A DNA stretch of 64,000 nt from Macrostomum lignano (taxonomy: Eukaryota). Location of the stretch: NCBI GenBank assembly GCA_002269645.1, contig NIVC01000769.1, forward strand, positions 248,001 to 312,000, read 5' to 3'. The notes beneath the pieces are model-generated. The model did no database searches. It was given only the letters and a program-made list of their open reading frames with translations, and was not told the origin of the DNA. The translations under genes were made by a program, and so were the position numbers. Positions 1-12,470 of the stretch are shown one piece after another. Each line of letters opens with the position of its first letter. The first letter of the stretch is position 1.

Positions 1-404
1 CACCTAGGATACTACTATCAATGATTGACACACCTAGGATACTACTATCAATGATTGACACACCTAGGATACTACTATCAATGACTGACACACCTAGGAT
101 ACTACTATCAATGACTGACACACCTAGGATACTACTATCAATGACTGACACACCTAGGATACTACTATCAATGATTGACACACCTAGGATACTACTATCA
201 ATGACTGACACACCTAGGATACTACTATCAATGATTGACACACCTAGGATACTACTATCAATGACTGACACACCTAGGATACTACTATCAATGATTGACA
301 CACCTAGGATACTACTATCAATGACTGACACACCTAGGATACTACTATCAATGACTGACACACCTAGGATACTACTATCAATGATTGACACACCTAGGAT
401 ACTA
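1..404. repeat. 30-bp tandem minisatellite (cacctaggatactactatcaatga[t/c]tgaca), about 13 copies, truncated by the window edge
   Basis: Directly visible head-to-tail units with a single variable position and no spacers. Confidence 0.98.
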
Positions 405-644
405 GGACACCTGGAGGACAAAAGAAGAATTCCTACGTCACTGAGACAAAAAAATACAAGCGTCGATGGAGTTAATTCGAGATCTTCTGAAGAAGACATG
501 ATAAAAAGAGGAACGCCGTTCACTTATTTTATAACTGGGCTGCTCAGTTCTGAGTCCTCTTCAGTTAATCACTCGGGAGAGAAAAAAGGGACATCGGGAC
601 CTCTCACAATGATGGACAAAAAGGGGCAGAAAAAGTGTGCATAA

Positions 645-795
645 ATGCGTGGCTGCAAACGGTATTAGCGCGCTTGCATTTGCTCAGGAGTCGGTGGAAT
701 GGGCAGAATTGCCTCAGCGCTGGTTGGATTCACGATTTCGCCATAGGCGTTGTGCCAGGGAGGCCGTAGCTTCTTGTGCGTAATTATTGTTATTG
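645..795 (+). mobile_element. 3' half of tRNA-derived SINE family A
   Basis: gctcaggagtcggtggaatgggcagaattgcctc...ggcgttgtgccaggg matches the reverse complement of 4400-4530; ends in an (att/tat)n tail. Confidence 0.75.
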
Positions 796-1085
796 TATTA
801 TGGATTTAGTCAACCCGATATTTTCGAGCGAAGCAGTGGCCTCAGCAGCTCTCAAGAAGGTTGCAGCCGTCAACTGAGCTCTAGACTCAATAGATGGTCC
901 CCACCCCCACTCCTCTACTTCACCGCTTCAGGTGCACCTGCGAACAAAAAAAATTGCAGGCCGATTCGGGCTAATTTGCAGTGAGCAGGGGAACAACTAT
1001 TTGGCTGCGGGACCAGCTGAGCACCAGGGTAATTCTCAGGTCACTGCCGATCCTCCTTTAGCATCAATTACGCGGGCTGCCTGCT

Positions 1086-1330
<245 letters not shown>

Positions 1331-2019
1331 AAAGAAATCCAATCAATCACGCGCCAACTTTAAATGCATTTTGAAAGTTCGGAGGGGGAGAAATATTCGA
1401 ATAGAAGCTCAGTTGGGAAAATATACAGGAAAATCCCTAGAAAAGTTTAAGGCTAAATCGGGCATGAAAGTAAAGTATCTTAAAAAATGAATCCATTCCA
1501 ACTACTTTCTTGCTCTATGCTATGCTTCTCAACTACCAAATTCAATCTAAGTCTTGAGGGTTTGTTTTAATGACTCGAAAACAGTCAAATGCTTTTATTT
1601 CTGTTTCAGCAACTCCCAGTACTTTGCTCCACCTCCCAAAAGCGGAGATGCACTGGGTCGTGAGATTAGCCACGAAGCAATTCCCCGTGTGTGTCCTGCA
1701 GCTTGGAGGGGAAGCATAGGAGTTATCAAGATGAGACAAACACAACAGATTTGCTTCCAGTTGTCCCGTGGGAGCCGGCAGAAATTATTTATCTCGAAAT
1801 CTTTATTAGCGACAGGCCAGGCGGCAGCCGTTCCCGAGTCAGTCCAGAAATTTCAACCCGCTGCTTGGAGAGCGAGATAGGGAAGGAGAGAGCTCTCCAG
1901 CTGGCGGCTGAGAGGCATGAGTAATTGCCTGAGTTGTGGGCAGGCAGACTTTGCCTGCGGCTGCCCACTGGTCCCGCATGTGCTGAGCGAGGCTCGGAAG
2001 ATTTCTTTTATCTCTGCTT

Positions 2020-2258
2020 TACTGCCTGCTTACCTGCCTGCTTATCTACCTAGCTATGGTATGTACCTGCCTGCCCAGCCTACCTTAGCACCAACACACC
2101 AGTCTGCTTATCAACCTATACATCTACCAACCTACCTGCCTACCATCGAACCCTTAGGTTGGTTCTTAAATATGCTCGTAGACTTCTTATTCAGCAAATT
2201 CTCTTGGCCTCAAATCAATTACTACACTACCTGCCTACCTACCTACCTACCTAGCTAA
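2020..2258. repeat. Degenerate (CTAC/CTGC)n simple repeat
   Basis: Runs of ctgc/ctac, ending in a purer (ctac)n run near 2230-2255. Confidence 0.7.
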
Positions 2259-2904
2259 CTAATTAGCTGAGTCTTCGGTAGATAAGGGGCTATGGGTGTC
2301 TGCGCTGCTTTCTGTGCCTTGTTCTCGTAAGTTGGCTCTCAGTTGGCAACTCATTTGCAAAATGGAAGCTGGGAGCTGTCCCAAAAACAAGAGTGTTAAT
2401 TTTTTCTGTTCATCGCCGGCAATAAAAAACCATATCCATGATCCCACCGCTCCTTCATGCTCCATCAGTATTTGAACTAAGCTGTCAGGCAAACCGAACA
2501 TCCCAGTCCTCACGAATTATGGATTTACTTTACATTCTGCAGCTCAGTTTCAGCGGTAAAATTCGATGCAGCCCGCCTGCGATCCAGCGGCCTCAGGGGA
2601 GGCAGTCAGTCGGTTGTTCTGGGGAAAGGCTGCTTTGAGTTGAAAGTCTAGAAAACTGTTTGCACAAGCGCGCACAGATGGCTTGGGAGGGCAGAAAGTC
2701 CCAAAAAATAGCAAAAACCGCTCCCGATGTCAAATATTTGGGTGTATTTGACTTCGCTTTGGGGCCTGGAATTCGACAGACTTGGGCTTCTGCAGGTCTA
2801 ATATTGCAGACATTCAGGTTTCACCTCCTTTGACCGGGACTTGAGCTGCTAGAGACGCTTTGAGAAACTGCAAGGAGAAGTCAAATTTGTTGTCTTTCAC
2901 TTCT

Positions 2905-3275
2905 ACCGGTCACCGACACGCTTCCACACCGGTCACAGACACGCTTCCACACCGGTCACAGACACGCTTCCACACCGGTCACCAACACGCTTCCGCACCG
3001 GTCACAGACACGCTTCCACACCGGTTACAGAACGCTTCCACATCGGTCACCAACAAGCTTCCACACCGGTCACAGACACGTTTCCACACAGGTTACAGAC
3101 GCGCTTCCACACCAGTTACAGAACGCTTCCACACCGGTCACCGACACGCTTCCGCACCGGTAACAGACACGCTTCCACACCGGTCACATACCAGCTTCCA
3201 TACTGGTCACAGACCAGCTTCCACACCGGTCACAAACACGCTTCCACACCGGTCACAAACACGCTTCCACACCCG
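2905..3275. repeat. 23-bp minisatellite (acacgcttccacaccggtcacag), about 16 copies, in GPCR intron 1
   Basis: Directly visible; period 2916 to 2939. Confidence 0.95.
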
Positions 3276-3317
3276 TCCAGGTGTTTCCGAGACCAGGCAA
3301 AGGCAGCCGCAACCAAC

Positions 3318-3830
3318 CTGAAACCTGTCCAGCGCAATGGCCACAATGGAGAAGGTGGACACAAACAGGTTGAGTCCGGTGAGTCCGTTGGCCAGCTTGC
3401 ACAGCGGGGTGCCGTACCGCCAGCTCAGGTAATCTTGCAGCAGGCGCAGCATGTTGATTGGCTGGGTCACGGTGCACAGTATGAAGTCAGACAGAGCCAG
3501 GTTCAACACGAAAACGTGCCTCGGTGAGCTGACGAACCGGCCGCAGCAGATCAGTCGGATCACCAAGCCGTTGCCCACAGCACCGAAGAGGATCAGCAGG
3601 CAGAAGACGGCCATGCAGGCGGCCACGGCTGGCAGTTCGGCTCTGGCCAGCTGCTGCTGCTGCTGTCGCATCTCCAAGAACTTTTCCACAAAGCCAGTGT
3701 AGTTCTTGCACATGTAGTACAGGTACAGGCCCGCTATGTGGTTCCTCTGTCGCATGTGCCTCAGGCAGCCGTCGCTGCTGCCGTTCAAGCTGTCGTTTAG
3801 CATGGGACTCCCTAAGGTAGAGTAGCTCAT
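3318..3830 (-). CDS. First coding exon (N-terminus to TM3) of a rhodopsin-class neuropeptide Y/F-type GPCR; remaining exons not found in the window
   Basis: TM1 FGAVGNGLVI (GN), TM2 FVLNLALSDF (NLAxSD), TQP, ECL1 W..G..LCK, TM3 ending IALDRFQ; GT donor at 3317-3316 directly after DRFQ. Confidence 0.85.
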
Positions 3831-3961
3831 GGCCTAGCTGCTGCGGCGCTTTGCTTCCTAAGGGGAGAAACATTTCTTGCTGGGATGAACATTTTTTAAT
3901 TCCGCAGTGATGCCTGAAAAACTGGCCGGCCAATCAGCTGCTCGGCTTGGCTGCGATTGGC

Positions 3962-4140
3962 GACATCCGGCTGGGACACTGAGACACCCGAATGGGACAC
4001 TTAGACACCCGACTGGGACACTGAGACACCCAGCTGGGATACTGAGACACCCGAATGGGACACTGAGACACCCGAATGGGACACTGAGACACCCAGCTGG
4101 GATACTGAGACACCCGAATGGGACACTGAGACACCCGAAT
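3962..4140. repeat. 21-bp minisatellite (gggacactgagacacccgaat), about 8 copies
   Basis: Directly visible. Confidence 0.95.
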
Positions 4141-4389
4141 ACTATCGCCAGCAGCACAACTGGATTACAGTATTAAACCAAGATTTAGCGTCTTTGCATG
4201 CCAGAGTTTTGGATCTAATTTTAGAGTGTCTGTGAGTTTTTGACTGGTACTTTGATTGAGCGGAAGGATACAGTTTTAAGGCATATAATTTGGCATTCAG
4301 GCGACTAGCGGCTTGCGAGAGAATATTATCAGACAGAGATTTGCGAGTATAAACGCACGAGCCTTGCGATACGTCAATATAAATTCGCT

Positions 4390-4759
4390 CGTATAAATAT
4401 TTGCAGAAGCGCTGCGGGCACCACCCTGGCGCAACGCCTTCGGCGACATTGTCCCACAAACCAGCCCTTGAGGCGATTCTGCACATTCCGCTGACTCCTG
4501 AGCGCATACAAGAGCGTCAATACCGTATACAGGCACTCATACACACGCTCACACAGGGTGTACAGCGGCCCTGACTGTCTAATCCTCAGGCATGTACACT
4601 CTCTGTGCGTTGGGGGTTGGCCCTCATGGGCGCGAATCGCGCGACAACCCCCCCTGGCCAATTAGCGTGCACAAGCAACAAGTTAATATGGCGGTGCAAC
4701 GGAATCGAACCAAGGGGTCGTGGCGCGAGAGTCGGACGCGTTCACCGCTGAGCTGCTCC
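4390..4759 (-). mobile_element. Full-length tRNA-derived SINE, family A
   Basis: On the minus strand the head reads GGAGCAGCTCAGCGGTGAACGCGTCCGAC...GGTTCGATTCC (A-box at 4754-4744, B-box at 4711-4701); the body is shared with several other copies; AT-rich tail near 4390. Confidence 0.8.
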
Positions 4760-5392
4760 TAATATATCAATGCTAAGCCAGAAAAGCATTTGTTAGGTTC
4801 AGTTTGACGGCTGCCATGCAGCCAAGACAGACACTTTGAGTTACAGGCGTCGATGCCAAGGGGGGAACCAAGGTGAGGCCGAAATCCAGACTTGCATTGC
4901 TGTTTTAGACATTTTGTCTTAGTAACTGCCATGCAGCTTTAGGCGCCTTCGGTACACCGGGGCTCAGTTGCTAATTCTGAGCAAATGTTTCTGCAGCCAC
5001 GAACCCCCCCCCCAGCAACCCCTCCCTTCTGTTTTCATTCAGGCCCGACCCTCTGCCCTCAAGCTCGGAGATTTTCTATTGTGCAAACAGTGGCCCCTTA
5101 GGGCAAGTCTCCTCCAGCTTGCAGTCACTCGGAGAGAAGAATTTCTATAGAGGCACCGAGGCCGATTTCCATTGTGTGCGTGCCCAGACAATTTTGCCAT
5201 CTATAGGCGGCCCGCCCCGCAGCGCCCGAGCCCGGCAGTTTATAATCGGAGACCCCGCGGCTCCTCTGCTACCCGCCTTTCGCCCCCTCAGCAGCTTAGA
5301 AATTCTCCGTAGCCGGCTTGGAGCAGAGCGGCGCACCCAGTTTCTCGCTTCTGTCACTTTTGACTCCCACCGCCTCCCAACCGCTCAGCACC

Positions 5393-6093
5393 ATGGACTT
5401 CCTAACCGCTTACGAGGCCATCGACACCGACTTCTCCGGCGAGATCACCAGCGAGGAGCTGGAGGCCTACTGCCGCAAGCACAATTACGAGGACAAATTT
5501 GTCGAGGTAAGATTGCTGCGTGAGACTGAGGCTTCTGAGCAGCTGAGAATACCCCTTGAGTCACTCCTATGCGGCACTCCCGACGCGTCGCCTTGCAGAA
5601 GTGGCTCCGCCTGTTCGATCACGACAACTCCGGGACCATCACCATCGAGGAGTTCTGCGAGACTCTCGGCCTCGTGCCCAAGCAGGAGTACATGTGAGCA
5701 GCTGAATTTCACGGCGATCGAATAAATCAATAAATCCCAACAATCCCGAATCCCCCACCAACAACCCAACCCAGGGAGAAGGTGCAGATCAACCGCGAGA
5801 AGTCCTCCGGCGTGATGGACGGCGTCAAGATCATCACAGAGGACCCGGACATGACCGACGAGCTGAAGGAGGAGATCGTCCAGCTGGCGCGCACCGCGCA
5901 GGAGCAGTTCGAAAACGAGCGCGACATTGCCCGCTACATGAAGTCCGAGCTGGACGCGAAGTTCGACCGGGCCTGGCACGTGATCGTCGGCCGGTTCCAG
6001 TACGGCTCCTTCTGCACGCACGAGGTCGGCCGCCTGTTCCACTTCTACGTGGTGCGGAATGCCATCCTGGTGTGGAAGACGCCGGACTACTGA
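5393..6093 (+). CDS. Tegument-allergen-like (TAL) protein: two EF-hands plus a C-terminal dynein light chain-like domain, 175 aa, 3 exons (5393-5506, 5599-5693, 5775-6093)
   Basis: EF loops DTDFSGEITSEE and DHDNSGTITIEE; DLC-like DMTDELKEEIV...IARYMKSELDAKFDRAWHVIVGRFQYGSFCTHE; GT-AG introns join in frame (phases 0 and 2). Confidence 0.92.
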
Positions 6094-6842
6094 TATCCGC
6101 TCCCCCCTGCTGCCCACGTACTGACTGATCTGTTAGCAGTAAGAAATATCTACCAGCCGTCACTACTCATTACTCTTATCAGTAGTCACTCGCGCTACTA
6201 AGGAAGCCAGCCTACTGTGTCTTGACAATTTTCATTTTTGCTCATCGATTTTAAATTGTCTTCCATTGATTAAAAACCGCGCAAAATTACCTGACGCTTT
6301 GTGTGAATCCAATTTTTATTGCCCGCACTGAATACATTGTCAGCCAGGCGGTGAGCCGAGTGGTTTCAGATCCGCCAGATTAGTTACAATTGGCAGCGCA
6401 GCGAGTTTGTCTCGTGTCTCGCATCCGGCACTAACAGTGGGCTCAATTAACCGTGCTCTGGCACAAGCAGCCGTTGAGACAGAAAACAATTGCTATTTGA
6501 TTTGTCTGTTTCAGATTTTGCCGATCAATTCCTGTGCGCCTTAAATCCACATGAAATCTGACAGTCTGCACTGGCATTGTGACATCCGCTTGGTGCTAGG
6601 CAGTGAAAGCAGCCAGTCTCAGCATTGCTGATCGTTTTATAATCAATTTATTCGATTGCCTGTCCTACAATAACTGACTTGCCAGTGTCAGTATAGCCGT
6701 TATTTTTCGCATGCTATTAATGCTAGAGAGAGCATGTAGCATTTCTTTACCCCAATCACTAATAGTACGAGCTAGCGAGCTACGCCCACTTTAAAACACC
6801 TGGCACCAACCAAACCCGAAGCCGTTACCACCTCATTTGACT

Positions 6843-7468
6843 TCTAAGCACACTGATCGATTCCCCTCTGACATCTAAGCACACTGATCGATTCCCCTCT
6901 CACATCTAAGCACACTGATCGATTCCCCTCTCACATCTAAGAACACTGATCGATTCCCCTCTGACATCTAAGCACACTGATCGATTCCCCTCTGACATCT
7001 AAGCACACTAATCGATTCCCCTCTGACATCTAAGCACACTGATCGATTCCCCTCTGACATCTAAATACACTGATCGATTCCCCTCTGAAATCTAAGCACA
7101 CTGATCGATTCTCCTCTGACATCTAAGCACACTGATCGATTCTCCTCTGACATCTAAGCACACTGATCGATTCTCCTCTGAAATCTATGCACACTGATCG
7201 ATTCCCCTCTGACATCTAAGCACACTGATCGATTCCCCTCTGACATCTAAGCACACTGATCGATTCCCCTCTGACATCTAAGCACACTGATCGATTCCCC
7301 TCTGACATCTAAGCACACTGATCGATTCCCCTCTGACATCTAAGCACACTGATCGATTCCCCTCTGACATCTAAGCACACTGATCGATTCCCCTCTGACA
7401 TCTAAGCACACTGATCGATTCCCCTCTGACATCTAAGCACACTGATCGATTCCCCTCGGACATCTAAA
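6843..7468. repeat. 31-bp minisatellite (acatctaagcacactgatcgattcccctctg), about 20 copies
   Basis: Directly visible; period 7201 to 7232. Confidence 0.97.
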
Positions 7469-8338
7469 CGCACCGAGCGTTTCTCTTACTCGTAGGCAAG
7501 CGAATTCTCAAATTTTAAACTTTCTTTTCCAAAGCCCAGCTGCTATTGTTTAAGCGTCAGATCAGTCGAATATTTACCGAATTTCGCATTAAAACAAATT
7601 GTATTTTTTTCAACCCGTATTGCAAAATATGTGGGTGGAATTCAAAAATTTATATATGATTATGATTCGGATTGCTTGGACCTGGCAACATCATACCTCC
7701 CATGGGAACTCGGCGCCCAGAATCCAATAACATTTAAAACTGCTCTTGAGCCGATGATGAGGCTTGCAGTCTCTCAGCCTCAGCAGCGGCGGACACTTGA
7801 ACCCGAGCTCGCCCGCCTGATCGCAATCGTTATGAGTTCGAAAACATTTTCTGTCTTGCTGCGCATGCCGCTATTGTGGTGTCTCTGAAATTGCTGTCGG
7901 GGCTGGGGTGGCTGGGGGTAAAGCTTTTGATTTTTGACAGCAAAATGGAATCAATGACAGCTGACTAATTAATTTTTGCCAGTCGATTGTTGTCAGATTG
8001 ATAGTTTTCATGTTTCGGTATTTATATTTTTACACGGGATTTTCAGCAAGATGAAAGGCACACAAAGCAGCCCGGGGCCGCTAAAGCAGGAAAAAAGCGA
8101 CAAAGAATGGGGCGGGAGCGCTGATCAATCAGGGAAATTGCCGACGCTCGGAATGGGAAAATGTTTATCTGGGATGACTGTAGGATTGGGCTTGACAGTG
8201 CTGTGCGGGGTTCAGCGATAGACCTTGAAGCAGAGGGCAACAACACGGATTAAAGCAAGAAGGCGGTGCTTCATATGCAGTTTCAAGTAAAGCTCGGTGT
8301 ACCAAATTTGTGTAACTAGCGGTCTTTCTCTCAGTTTG

Positions 8339-9538
<1,200 letters not shown>

Positions 9539-11085
9539 TGTTGAATTGGTCCAAGGTCTCACTGGCGCTAACTGCAGGTCTCCGCTGACTTCTAGCTGGG
9601 GTAGCCGCTTCCTGTACGCCACTTAATAAGCAAGCGAAGGGGTGGGTCAGGGGTCTGGGAAGAGTGTTTTGAGCTGGATAAACACGAGTAACTTAGGGAA
9701 GAATGGAGCCCCCCGCCAGCCAATGCTGCTGATTTATCCTCAGCCGCCAATTGCAGTTGAGATCCCCACTCAGCCTCTGAGCCACTCGCTCCCCATCCTC
9801 CGGCTTCCCCTAAAAGCCTCCTAATCCATTTCTCGGGGACACCGTGGCGCAGACAAAAGCTATCATAATTCAATAGCTGGGCAATAGCGATTGTTTAACT
9901 TATGCTTCAAACTTGCTCGGGAATCGGGGAGGCCGGATCAGCAGATTTCGCCATCTATTTGGAACCGACAGCGATAATTTATTGAGCAGCGCTGCCCAGC
10001 TGGCGGTGTCACGGACACCCACGGCTTGTCAGATTCTTGCCTCCCAGCGAATTAGTCCTCCGCCTCCCCGTAAGTGGGATCTAATAAGATAATGCCCCTA
10101 TCTTAATTAGCTGTCTCGCGCTGGGCCCGACCGCCGCTGCCCCGGTTCGGAGTCCTCATATTCCCTAAATCCACTCGCTTGATACACCAGGAAGGGGAGG
10201 CAGGCTGCGTGTCCGGACTGAGCAGAAACTGGGCGGGATCATTGATTTGTCCATGTCAAAGAGATCAATAATTGCAGCATCGATGGGAACTGGTGGAGCA
10301 ACTCTCTCGAATATTCTCAATTGGGGGGGTTGGGGTTGAAACGAAAGAAAGGTAAGCGGAAAGCTCAAAACAGATGTATCGGGCCCTGACTGCCTTAATT
10401 GCCTGCCCCCACCCCCTAATTTCGGCTAATTGCTGCGGCAGACCAGCTGGGGATCCACTGGGAAACACGCTAGACCGAGGCAGATGGACCCGGCAATAAT
10501 TAATTATGAAATCGAGCCGCACTGGTAGAGGGAGAAGCCCCCCCCCGCTTTTTTCCCATTCCGGGGATACTCGCATGCTTAAAAACAAAGGTAGCTATAG
10601 AATGGGAGAAAAGAGAGGAAGCGAGCGCAAATAGGAAGCTGGATTTCGGGGAGGAGGGGGTTGGGGCTGCTTCATCATAGCCGGGTCCTTGGGCATCATT
10701 AGCTGAAGGCAGTCACAAAAGCAGCGAGCCAGAGCCAGGAGTTTCCTCAATCAGGTGGGTTTGGCTTTTTCTCTTGACGCTAGAAAATCCGCTGTGCCGG
10801 CATTGTGAGGATAAAGGAAAATTTTCTGCGTTCTAAACATGTTAGCTTGGCTAATTTTTTAATCTCGGAGGTGACACAAATATGCTGATATTTTTTGCGG
10901 TGCCTCTATTCTCATATTTTGTCTGCGATTATTTCCTTGCTGAGCAGGTTTGCGAGAGCTGTGCCGGGCTCTCCGAGCACTTCCGGATTAGAGATTTCAC
11001 ACCGCTCCGCTGCTTTTTACTCTCTGGAACAATTGCTCTTGCAGTGCTGCAACATCCTGTGCCAATCTGGCTGCGATGCGTCAGT

Positions 11086-12470
11086 GGGATCAATCTGGTC
11101 AGGGCCTCGGGGATCAATCTGGTCAGGGCCTCGGGAATCAATCTGGTCAGGGCCTCGGGAATCAATCTGGTCAGGGCCTCGGGAATCAATCTGGTCAGGG
11201 CCTCGGGAATCAATCTGGTCAGGGCCTCGGGAATCAATCTGGTCAGGGTCTCGGGAATCAATCTGGTCAGGGTCTCAGGAATCAATCTGGTCAGGGCCTC
11301 AGGAATCAACCTGGTCAGGGCCTCGGGAATCAATCTGGTCAGGGCCTCGGGAATCAATCTGGTCAGGGCCTCGGGAATCAATCTGGTCAGGGCCTCGGGA
11401 ATCAATCTGGTCAGGGCCTCGGGAATCAGTCTGGTCAGGGCCTCGGGAATCAATCTGATCAGCGCCCCGGGAATCAATCTGATCAGCGCCCCGGGAATCA
11501 ATCTGGTCAGGGCCTCGGGAATCAATCTGGTCAGGGCCTCAGGAATCAATCTGGTCAGGGCCTCGGGAATCAATCTGGTCAGGGCCTCGGGAATCAATCT
11601 GGTCAGGGTCTCGGGAATCAATCTGGTCAGGGCCTTGGGAATCAATCTGGTCAGAGCCTCGGGAATCAATCTGGTCAGAGCCTCAGGAATCAATCTGGTC
11701 AGGGCCTCGGGAATCAATCTGGTCAGGGCCTCGGGAATCAATCTGGTCTGGGCCTCGGGAATTAATCTGGTCAGGGCCTCGGATGTCAAGCTTGTCAGGG
11801 CCTCGGGTGTCAAGGTTGTCAGGGCCCCGGGAGTCAAGCTTGTCAGGGTCTCGGGTGTCAAGCTTGTCAGGGCCTCGGATGTCAAGCTTGTCAGGGTCTC
11901 GGGAATCAATCTGGTCAGGGTCTCGGGAGTCAAGCTTGTCAGGGTCTCGGATGTCAAGCTTGTCAGGGTCTCGGGAATCAATCTGGTCAGGGTCTCGGGA
12001 GTCAAGCTTGTCAGGGTCTCGGGAATCAATCTGGTCAGGGTCTCGGGAATCAATCTGGTCAGGGCCTCGGGAATCAATCTGGTCTGGGCCTTTGGAATCA
12101 ATCTGGTCAGGGTCTCGGGAGTCAAGCTTGTCAGGGTCTCGGGAATCAATCTGGTCAGGGTCTCGGGAGTCAAGCTTGTCAGGGTCTCGGGAATCAATCT
12201 GGTCAGGGTCTCGGGAGTCAAGCTTGTCAGGGTCTCGGGAATCAATCTGGTCAGGGCCTCGGGAATCAATCTGGTCAGGGCCTCGGGAATCAATCTGGTC
12301 TGGGCCTCGGGAATTAATCTGGTCAGGGCCTCGGATGTCAAGCTTGTCAGGGCCTCGGGTGTCAAGGTTGTCAGGGCCCCGGGAGTCAAGCTTGTCAGGG
12401 TCTCGGGTGTCAAGCTTGTCAGGGCCTCGGATGTCAAGCTTGTCAGGGCCTCGGGTGTCAAGCTTGTCAG
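11086..12470. repeat. 24-bp minisatellite with two unit variants (ggaatcaatctggtcagggcctcg / ggagtcaagcttgtcagggtctcg), about 57 copies
   Basis: Directly visible; explains the overlapping 551-, 510-, 229- and 237-aa ORFs. Confidence 0.97.

Noticed and set aside
1-404. 30-bp repeats of CRISPR-like length (also the 31-bp array at 6843-7468)
   Set aside because: Units are contiguous with no unique spacers, there are no cas genes, and the context is eukaryotic
21-644. 207-aa ORF MIDTPRILLS...
   Set aside because: Produced by a stop-free 30-bp minisatellite; the tail has no recognisable domain
1542-2640. Possible downstream GPCR exons
   Set aside because: Reading the minus-strand candidates gave no TM4-7 motifs and early stops
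4690-4759. tRNA gene
   Set aside because: A and B boxes are present but I see no convincing cloverleaf, and it is fused to a repeated body and tail; it is a SINE head
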